Below are positions 54,720-64,000 of a stretch of 64,000 bases of DNA, piece after piece. Each line of letters opens with the position of its first letter. Position 1 is the first letter of the stretch. Made by a program: the position numbers and the translations under genes. The stretch is from Felis catus. Taxonomy: Eukaryota. The notes beneath the pieces are model-generated. The model was given only the letters and a program-made list of their open reading frames with translations, had not been told where the DNA came from and made no database searches. The stretch lies in NCBI RefSeq assembly GCF_018350175.1, contig NC_058368.1, positions 19,656,001 to 19,720,000 on the forward strand, written 5' to 3'.

Positions 54720-55199
54720 CTGTTCAGTTCCCAGTTCACTGGCAGAAGCAGGTGTGGCCCAGATCCCGCTGGGACTCCCTGTGCCAGCCCCACGGGGGCA
54801 CCCCAGTTGCAGCAGGTGCTGTGGCTGATGGCTCACATCTGCAGCCTTTCCCGGAAACCCACTCTGGGTTAGCACAGCCAGCTTGCCAGGACGCACCCAG
54901 ACTTACCCCCGTCCCCACCCCTCAATATATGCAGTTACTCATAGCTAAGGACTGAGTCGGGGAAGAGAGAGTAAAAGCCCAGCTCCCTTGGTTCAGGGCA
55001 GGTCAAGCTCTGTGGTGTCATTCACAGTCCAGAGCTTTCCGCGGATTCAGGCCAGGCTTCATCAGAAGCCACATCCTTTCCCATCTTCTTCCTCTTTCCT
55101 ACCTTGCAATTTCGTTTTCCCAAGACCACTCCCTCAACGCGTCCCTTTCCATGAAGCTCCACCCCCAGGCTCTGCCTCCAGAGAACCTGACCTAGGACA
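54720..55199 (-). mobile_element. ERVL-type LTR (LTR33/LTR16-like)
   Basis: Minus strand begins tgtcctaggtcaggttctctggaggcagagcctg, resembling the LTR33-family 5' end. Confidence 0.5.
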
Positions 55200-55545
55200 G
55201 AGCTGTTTGTCCACAGCTGGAGGCAGGAGAAAAATCAATAGTATAAAGCCCTTTTATTTTCCTAAAATGTGATACATGCTTATGGCTAAAAATTCAAGTA
55301 GTGTCAGAGAGTATAAAGTAAAATGTGAAGGATTTCACACCTTACCCCAACACCCAGGCCCCATCCTCCAAAAGGTAGCCGGTGCTAATTTTTTAGTATC
55401 CTTTCAGAACATGTCTATGTATATTCAAGCATAAATTATATCAAATTATTCATATTATTCTGCAGCCTGCTTTTTTCCACTTGCTACATCATGAACTTCT
55501 TTCCCTTATCAATGCAAAGAGATCTGCCTTCAAAAATGACCAATA

Positions 55546-55760
55546 GGGGCGCCTGGGTGGCGCAGTCGGTTAAGCGTCCGACTTCAGCCAGGTCACGATC
55601 TCGCGATCCGTGAGTTCGAGCCCCGCGTCAGGCTCTGGGCTGATGGCTCGGAGCCGGGAGCCTGCTTCCGATTCTGTGTCTCCCTCTCTCTCTGCCCCTC
55701 CCCCGTTCATGCTCTGTCTCTCTCTGTCCCAAAAATAAATAAACGTTGAAAAAAAAATTT
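55546..55760 (+). mobile_element. Young SINEC_Fc-type copy with TSD AAAAATGACCAATA
   Basis: Diagnostic bases; perfect 14-bp TSD at 55532 and 55761. Confidence 0.95.
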
Positions 55761-56054
55761 AAAAATGACCAATAATCATAAGACTCACTTAAATAGGCAC
55801 ATTCTCTGTTACTGATATGGTCTGTCATTTCTGTGAATCAAAGTGGAAAAACCAGTAATGTGATATTTTATTTTGCCAAATGAGCAACTGAGAGCTCAGC
55901 TGGGGAAAGCAGTTGTCATTTTCCCCCTTGTGTACCGGGTGAAATGAGCCCAACTGAACCAAAACTCCCAAAGAAATTAGTTGCTGAACCTTTTGGATAA
56001 AGGCCAAAGGGAAACTCAATGGTCCCCAACAATGGATTAAAACTGCTGAGGGGA

Positions 56055-56470
56055 GGGGCACCTGGGTGGTTCAGTCGGTTAACAGCCAACTCCAGCTCAG
56101 GTCATGATTTCCGTGTGTGAGTTCGAGCCCTGCATGGGGCTCTGTGCTGACAGCTCAGAGCCTGGAGCCTGCTTCTGGTTCTGTGTCTCCCTCTCCCTCT
56201 GCCCCTCCCCTGCTTGTGCTCTCTTTCTCCAAAAGAAATAAAAACATTAAAAAATATATTAAAATGGATGAGGGACGCCTGGGTGGCTCAGTTAAGCGTC
56301 TGACTTAGGCTCAGGTCATGATCTCACAGTTCATGGGTTCAAGCCCCATGTCGGGCTCTGTGCTGGTGCTTCGGATTGTGTCTCCCTCTCTCTCTGTCGC
56401 TTTCCTGTTCATGCTCTGTTTCAATCTCACTGTCTCAAATATAAATAAACATTAAATTTTTTTCAAAAAA
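56055..56470 (+). mobile_element. Two tandem Can-SINEs
   Basis: Heads at 56055 and 56271. Confidence 0.9.
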
Positions 56471-56699
56471 CTGGTGACAGAAAAGAAGTTGAGCTGGTTC
56501 TGAATAATGCACATCGACAGGACCTCATCTGTCAGCAGCAAACCATCCCTTCAATATTACATGTGTGTAAGTGTGTGTGTGTGTGTGTGTAATTAACTAT
56601 CCTAAGCCATGAATGCAAGATGGAGGCAGCACCCAGATATCACCGAAACTATAAAAAGGATTTTAAGACACAGAACAAAAAGTAACAACGCAACACAAG

Positions 56700-57237
56700 G
56701 AGATTGTATCTCACACCCATTCAGACGGCCACCCCAAAACCATAACAACAGAAACCAGAAAATAACAAGTGTGGGTGAGGCTGTGGAGAAATCGGAACCC
56801 TTGTGCCTCGGTGGTGGGAATGTAAAATGGTGCCGGCGTTACGGAACTCTGTCTGAAGTTTCCTCAAAGAAAATAAAAAATGGAATTGCCACGTGATCCA
56901 ACAATTCCACTTCTGGCTATACACCCAGAAGAACCGAAAGCCGGGTCTTAAAAAGACCAATGTACCGTATACACCGGTGTGCAGCAGCATTCTTCACGAT
57001 AGTTAAGAGATGCAGGCAAGCCAAGTGTCTGTCCCTCAGCAGATGAGTGGATAAGCAAAGTGTGGTGAATTTCTTACGGAATACGATTCAGCCTTAAGAA
57101 GGAAGAAAATTCGGGGCACCTGGGGTGGCTCAGTCAGTTAAGCGTCCAACTCTTGATCTTGGCTCAGGTCACGATCTCATGGTTATGAGACTCAGCCCCT
57201 CGTCAGGCTCCACACTCAGTATGGAGCCTGCCTGGGA

Positions 57238-57290
<53 letters not shown>

Positions 57291-57716
57291 CCTCCTGGGC
57301 TCTCTCTCTCTCTCTCTCAAAATAAATAAACGTTTTTTTAAGTTAAAAAAAATTTAAAAACGGAGGAAGAAAATTCTCACACATGCTACACCATAGATAA
57401 GGCTTGAAGACATCATGCTAAGTGCGATAAATCAGTCATAAAAGGACACATACTGTATGATTTCTACTAATAAGAGGAACCTAGAATAGTCAAAGTCACA
57501 GAAAACAGAAAGGAGAGTGATGGGTGCCAGGGGCTGGGGGTGGGGAGGAGAGTTCATGTTTAATGGGGACAGAGTTTCAGTTTTAGAAGATGAAAAGTTC
57601 TGGCAATGGATGGTGGTAGATGGCAGAATGTGAACGTGCTTAATACCACTGAACTGTGCCCTTAAAAGTGATTAGGATGGTAAATTTTAAGTCCATTTTC
57701 CCACACACACAAAAAA
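56700..57716 (+). mobile_element. L1MB-like 3' end interrupted by a Can-SINE (57113-57360)
   Basis: gaaaataacaagtgtgggtgagg...ggtgggaatgtaaaatggtg...gatccaacaattccacttctgg...tttaatggggacagagtttcag. Confidence 0.85.
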
Positions 57717-58431
57717 AAGTGAACTAGTGTATTCAGTCCTTCCAAGCCTCCCTAGGATGACCGAATGGCCCAGAACTCACTGACGAGGGCAGGGTCATTC
57801 CAGGTGTATATAAGGGCACACGTGCTCACAGGCTCAAAACCCAACCTCACTCTTAGCTGATTGCAGGTCTCAGTGCCTCACCCCCAGAATGCCCCACCTT
57901 CAGTCACCCAGCCCCTCTGACTTGGTGGGGAGTCTGCGGTGGGGTTGGAGTGTGAAATGGAGAGCGGGGAACTAGAAGCCACCCATTTGAACACAGGAGC
58001 CAATCAACCGACCACAAAAAGGTCAGGAGATAGTAGCAGAAGTTTCCAGCCCCCCAGAAGTGACTAAAAGAAGAAACTAAGAAGCCACTAGGAGAGGTGT
58101 CCCATCCTTACAGAAAAAGGGTTAAGTGTGTGGAGTCTGGACCCAGACTGTCCGGTTGGAATCCTGGTTGTGCTACGTTCTAGATTCTGGTGTGATCTTG
58201 GACACACTACTGAAATTCTCTATGCTTCAGTCTCATTAATACAATTTTTTTTTTTGAAAGACAAACAGTGTGCACAAGCAAGGGAAGGTCAGAGATCGAG
58301 GGAGAGAGAGAATCCTAAACAGGCTCCCGAGCTGTCAGCACAGAGCCTCCTTCAGTCTCATGAAATTAACTTAGAACAGAGCTTGGCACATAGCAAGTAG
58401 AGTATGAATATTTGTTAAATAAGAGGAAAGG

Positions 58432-58620
58432 TTTTTTTTTTTTAAGTTTATTTATTTTGAGAGAGAAAGCAGGGGAGGAGCAAAGAGAAAGAATCCCAAG
58501 CAGGCTCCACGCTAATCAGCACAGAGCCTGACACAGGGCTCAATCTCATGACTCTGAGATCCTGACCTGAGCCAAAATCAAAAGTCAGACGCTTAATCCA
58601 CTGAGCCACCCCGGCAGCCA
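58432..58620 (-). mobile_element. Can-SINE (another partial copy lies at 58245-58348)
   Basis: SINE consensus in reverse. Confidence 0.85.
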
Positions 58621-60379
58621 CAAGAAGAAATGTTTTTATTTCATCCTCACTACTGTGCCGTAAGGACTGGACACTTACACTGCTGCGTAGAGGGGAAACT
58701 GAGGCTCAGGGAGGTCAAGTGTCTCCTCTGAAGAGGTGTCAGGGCTCAATGTGAGTCTTCTGACTTTCGATCCCAGTTCCGGGCACTCAGTGTCTGTGGC
58801 CTCTCCCTGCCCTACTGGTGGCCCTTCTCCTGAGCCAGAGGGAGGAACCAGGTGGTACAGGCCAGTAGGTGAGGGCCAGCTACAACAACCTCTCTGACAT
58901 CCTCCAGGCTCTTATTCCACTCCCACCCCTGAGCCCCAAACTGCCTTTGCACTGGGAATGGAACCTGTTTGTCATACAACTAAAGCCCTAGAAACAGACT
59001 GCATGAGAGTTTCAGATCAACACAAGTCCACTGGTGGGAAATCATTTCCTTCATCAGCCTCATTACATGGAGGCTGCCCTGCCCTTGGCCCTTCTTGCCA
59101 CCACGTCTAGTCCCTGGTAGGTGGACAAGGGAAACAAGTGGACCTTGGCGTGTCCTTTATTTGACTGGGTGATTCATGCCCGTAATACAAAATTCACACT
59201 CTCCAAGGGTATTCAGTGTAAACTGAGTCTCTCTCCTACCCCTGCTCCCCAGTGCTGAAGCTCTTACTAGAGATCCCCACTGTGATCAGTTTCCTGTGAA
59301 AGGAAGGAAACCCTTAAATCAAATGGATTTGCTCTTTAGGAAGTTGGTTCAGATGGACAGCAGACAGCCCTGGAGTGGGCCAGTCTGTAAAAGCCAGTGG
59401 GCATCAAGGGACTGGGGAGGCAACCAGCAAGGTACTTCTAAACGGGGTCCAGCCTCCTGCTGGGTGACTGTGTGAACTGCTGCAGGGCAGGGTCATCGTC
59501 TGCCATGTACATCTTGCCTGGGCTGCTTCTCTCCTCCATTGGTGTGAACCCCAGAAAACAGTTGCTTTGGGTTTCTTGTAATCAGACTTCTGTGATTAGG
59601 GCTGGGAGCCCCTAACCCCTTGCTGTCATTGCAGAAGAGACCAGTCCTTTAATCCATGCACAAACAGGTTCAGGACCCGTGCATGACCTACCTACACTGC
59701 AGAGTAACGGGGATCAGCATCAGAGATCTTCTTCCCCACCCCCTGCCTCACCCTCCCTTCCTTTCCATTCCTTTCCCTTTGCCTTCATTTCTCTTCCCCA
59801 CCGGCAAGTGCACATTAAACACATACAAAGAGCAGTGCCTGGGCTTCCTATGGATTTATGATTTATGGTTATTCATCTTATTATCTAAGTGAGATTGCCA
59901 GGTAAAATATTAAGGCACCACTGCCATTATAACCTTGTCTTCCATGATCTCATTGGCAGCTGGTGTTGCCATGACAACTGGGCTGGAGAAACTGGTACTG
60001 AGCTTCGGTGGAAGATGATGTGAGCACCGGTGTGTGTGTGTGTGTGTGCAGACTTCCCATCACGTATATCTGTTGTGTGGGAAGCCATGGATTTCTTAGG
60101 CCACACCTTCTGCTTCTCCTTCCAATTTGGCCAAAATTAGCTTCGGGACTCTAAATTAACTGGAGGAGGATTTCTTTGTTTGGCTTATTGGGTGGCAAAT
60201 TGAGAGCAAGGACACATAAGAAATATTTTAGGGTCTTTCTACCCACATGAAATAAAGCAGCTATCCCCACTTCATGTCACTCTTAAAAGCACGTTGGGCC
60301 TACCTTATTTAAATTTTTTATGTATTTCTCTTATTAAAGAAAGTGAGAGCTAGAAGGGGTCTCACATGTCATCTGATTC

Positions 60380-60620
60380 CCCCTTTCATTTGGATGAGAA
60401 AACGGAGGCCTAGAGAGGTTAAGTGACTTGCCACCATATAGTATGGATCCAGGATGGATGCTATGACTTCACCTAAGTGACTTACCCCTTTCAGTCTCAG
60501 TCTGCTCATCTGCAAAATGGGGATAATGTCAAGAGCAACTTTACTAGGTCATTGTAAGGATTAAGTGAGATAATCCACAATGCTTGGCACATATTAAGCC
60601 CCCAATAAATTTTATCATTG
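60380..60620. mobile_element. MIR fragments
   Basis: gatgagaaaacggaggcctagagaggttaagtgacttgcc and ctcatctgcaaaatggggataat. Confidence 0.75.
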
Positions 60621-62239
60621 TTACCCAGGTAACCTTGGGAGTCAGAAATAGGACTAAAATCCAGCTCAGCTAACTCCTACTTAAATGGGAGCCTTTTCCC
60701 ATTAATCCTTCCCTGTCCTTTGTCTTTTTGTGTACATATTCCCTGTCATCCAGGGGAGAGTAGAAGACCCTTCTAAAATGGGGCTTATCTTTTCTTAAAA
60801 ACCTCCTAAGAAGTGAGTGTAATGCACACACTAGATACCCCGTGGATAGGTGTTGATTTAAGGATAAACATTATATGCTTCGTGCACTCATGGACCATCG
60901 ACTGAACGTACACGGCATGGCTATAATGTAAAGGGAGAAAGGAATGCAAAGAAAAGTTGAGGGAAGTGAACATTTTTTGATCCCTTCGGATGAAACCAGG
61001 CATTTCGCTAGTCTCTTTACAAAAGTGTCTGATCATCACCGCCATCTCACGAGGTGAGCATATTCATTCCCATTCTACAAATCAGAGAACCAAGACTGAG
61101 CGGTCACGCAGCACGCCCAGGACCACACGCCAGGGTAGCAGCTGGGTTTTCACCCATCCTTTTACTTCAAGGTGCTGCTGAGGCCCTCGATAGACTTTGT
61201 GGTTCAAAACAACTTCTCACCCCCTCTGTGAGCCAAAAGCCTATTTCCTGAGGTGGTAGAGGGATTCAGGGCAGACAGACACCTTTTCTATCACTGCCAC
61301 AAAGCAGAGTATACAAAGCACAGTTGCGTAACTCTGGGACTCTAAAATATTCTCCCAGCCAAACCAGACCGGTATTGAAAGTCACACCAGGCTGGGTGGT
61401 TTTCCAGAATACCACTTGCTTAAACTCCCTTTCATCACTCTGTCAGGAATAAGAGCAATGCAGTGGAACTTCACAGTCCTGTTCAGATGAACAAACTGTT
61501 CTGGAGAAACTTATTTCCAAAGTTATTCTTAAGTAAAACCACATCCGCTTGCTGGGGGTGGAGGGCAGTGATCCTATACCTTACATCCTAGATAACGAGG
61601 CCATTAAACCAGCTGGTCTGTACATCTTATGTAAGAGTGGCTCAGTCTCTGGGCGAGTTGGGTAACCCAGTACAGAATTTAACTGAGTGACCCACCCCTC
61701 AATTAGGGATGGAGGTCAGATATAGACTGGGATGTCTGATTCCTACACAACAGGGCCCAGGAGGAGGCTGGATGACTTCACTGGGATCTAGATTGGCACA
61801 CAACCATGCTTTAACTTACACTGTATGTTTTCTGGGGTTTTGGGGGGTCCGGGGGAAGGCTGATGGAGATTTGGAGGAGATCAAGGGGACCTCCTTGGCA
61901 TTGCATGAGGTTGCTGAACTGGTGGCAAAAGTTCAGACTTCGAAGAGACTGACCTCTCCGGTGGGAGACACAGCCCTGCCTCTTGCCAGCTGTCACTGTG
62001 TTCATGTTACCAACCTGACTCCTTGCACCTGCTGGGGAAGGGGGTTCTATCTTGGCTAAATTACTCGGGCCATTACATGAGACAAGATACGTAGGAACTT
62101 GGAAAATGCTGTGATAAAACTCATCGGATGGAGAAATCTTGTTAATATCATTACGCCTTATCTTTTTATTCCACATGATTTTCTGGGTAAGCAAATTCTA
62201 CCAGCCATCTTTGCATCCCAGGCATACCCAGCAGACAGG

Positions 62240-63150
62240 TGTTCCCCAGATGACGCCCCAGGTGACGCCCGGTTTCAACCCCGAGTTGACCGTGTGACCC
62301 TGAGTGCCGCCCGCAGCAGGGCCCTCCCCCCCTCTCCCTGCCCTCTGAGGCTGGGGCTGAGTGGGTGCTCCGCACAAAGCCGGACAGAGAGGCAGGGCGG
62401 ACCAGAAGACTCCGCCGCGTTCCCCGTGGAGAAGAGCCCGCGGCTTTTACATAACTGGAATGACGTAACCGCCGGCGGCTCCGGAGGGCGGGGACACCGG
62501 GAGCGCGGGCCCTACTACGTCCGTCCACCGCAGCGCCGCGAGGCTTGCCACAGGGCTGCGCGAATACACCAAGTAAGACGGCCCGGGCGGCCGGGTGGGC
62601 GGGGCCGCTGGCAGTCACGTGGCCCGCCTCGGCGCGGGCGAGCGGGGACGCGCCCGCGACTCCGCGATCCCGCTGGGCAGACTGAGTGACAGGGCCCCCC
62701 CGCAGGCATGCCGCCCGGCGGGCGGGGTCCAGCCCCGAGAGGCGGGGCTCTGCCGCGCCGGGGCCCGGATCCACTGACGTCAGGCGGCCCGCGCGCCCCG
62801 GAGTCCCCTGGGCGTCACCTTGGCGCCCTGCAGGGCGTGCTCGGGTAGCCGCGCAGGGCTGCTTTTGGCCCCGGGCTGGGCGCGCCCTAAATCGCTGGTG
62901 AGGACTCCGGCTTAGAACTCTCCCGAGTCGTGTGTTTTTGCTCACCGATAAAACGCAGCTTGTGGACTGTGACCTCTCGCTCCTGCTGGAACTTTCCGAA
63001 CGCCGGTTTCGGGGCGGGTGTCCGCCGTGCACCCAGTGTGAGTTTTGTGAACGGCGTTCGACGGTTTCACTGGCCTGGTGGTCACCCTCGCTGTACCCTA
63101 GCCGGCTCTCCACCTTGTGGTTTTAAGAGGCGGCCCGTTCCGGGGGACAG
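62240..63150. promoter_or_regulatory. DHRS12: CpG island promoter of DHRS12
   Basis: Very GC- and CpG-dense stretch. GC boxes GGGCGGGG at 62486 and 62597, CRE TGACGTCA at 62775-62782, TGACGTAA at 62461, E-box CACGTG at 62616-62621. Confidence 0.9.
62517..62572 (+). CDS. DHRS12: DHRS12 (short-chain dehydrogenase/reductase 12) exon 1 coding segment; start codon is ACG, so functional status is uncertain
   Basis: ACG TCC GTC CAC CGC AGC GCC GCG AGG CTT GCC ACA GGG CTG CGC GAA TAC ACC AA|gtaag gives TSVHRSAARLATGLREYT(K), against recalled human MSLYRSVVWFAKGLREYTK. Same length, canonical donor, syntenic position. Confidence 0.8.
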
Positions 63151-63186
63151 AGAGGTGGTTTTTATCTTAGAATTAATTAGAGAAAC

Positions 63187-63340
63187 GCGGTGGTTCTCAA
63201 TCCTGGCCGAATAATAGGGCAAGAATCTAAAATACCAGCGTCAGGCCCTGCCCCTAGAGATTCCAGTTCGGTTGGCCTGCACTGGGGCCTAGACTGACAT
63301 TTTATAAATATCCTCCAGGTGATTCTCATGCCGCCCAGTT
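63187..63340. mobile_element. MER5A-like hAT MITE fragment
   Basis: gtggttctcaa...cccctagagattc...ccaggtgattctcatg; similar remnants near 39300-39435 and 63900-64000. Confidence 0.6.
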
Positions 63341-64000
63341 ATCTAAGGGACCTCCTCTTCTCCCTGCACTAGGGTTTTTATGAGTTCCTAAGGCAGGCCG
63401 GCAAATTTCCGTGTTCCAAGGGGAGGCAGCATGCTGCTGCTGACTTCTCTCCTCCCCCACACGCCATCCTTTCGGGAAAAGTGCATGTTTTTCTCAGGAG
63501 CCAGGGCTGCAGAGAGTGGTGGGAAGCAGAGCTGTCAGCCCAGCTCCACTGGATTTTGGCAAATGGCAACCTCTCTCTTTCAAATAGTGGCAGTGGCCAC
63601 TATTCGCTGGGTCTTTCCCTGTTACACAGCAGCCTGGAGAGCTTGGGTTAGCTTCTCGCCCTGGGAAAGCAGGCTCCTGAAAGTCTCTCCCCGAACTCTT
63701 ACATGGGGGTGGGGGTGGATGGGGGAGGGAAAGACAATTCCTAATATTTTCATCCCCATATGAGGGTCTGTAGTTTGGGTTTGTAATGCTTTTTCTTGGC
63801 ACACCATGATTTTTACGAAGTTCCCCTATATTGCTCACCTATGCAACAGCATCAAGTCACTGTTCCCTAAACTTGCCTGAACCTGACAATTACCTGGGAC
63901 AATTAAAAAGAAAACAAACAAACCCTGACCCCTAAGCCCCTGACAGGTATAGATGAGGGCTACAATTTGCATATGCAAATTCCCTGTTGGGTAAATTGGG

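Noticed and set aside
7667..57325. Many similar short ORFs (MAQSVK..., ...ERGRGRERGRHRI...)
   Set aside because: Translations of Can-SINE copies, not a gene family or a CRISPR-like array.
62099..63214. Long ORFs (196 aa +, 315 aa -) over the CpG island
   Set aside because: GC-rich sequence is depleted of stop codons; the products are Arg/Pro/Gly-rich and unrecognisable, and the DHRS12-like segment is in a different frame.

Overview
Mammalian genomic DNA from a carnivore, almost certainly a felid, judging by about 35 feliform Can-SINE (SINEC_Fc-type) copies. The gene order matches the CCDC70 - TMEM272 - DHRS12 segment of human 13q14.3. CCDC70 is intact on the minus strand at the left edge: a single coding exon at 127-825 with its acceptor and poly(A) signal visible. 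TMEM272 is on the plus strand with all four coding exons recognisable (29187-48516), but every exon is damaged: a nonsense codon, two lost splice sites and four frameshifting indels, one of which exposes a further in-frame stop. It looks like a unitary pseudogene. The right end is the DHRS12 CpG-island promoter and first exon, where the start codon reads ACG instead of ATG. The rest is ordinary intronic/intergenic DNA: SINEs, old L1/L2/MIR fragments, MaLR/ERVL LTRs, hAT MITEs and microsatellites. Gene and repeat identities come from recalled sequences, not database searches, and repeat boundaries are approximate. I found no evidence for a new multi-gene system; the best candidate novelty is lineage-specific gene loss.
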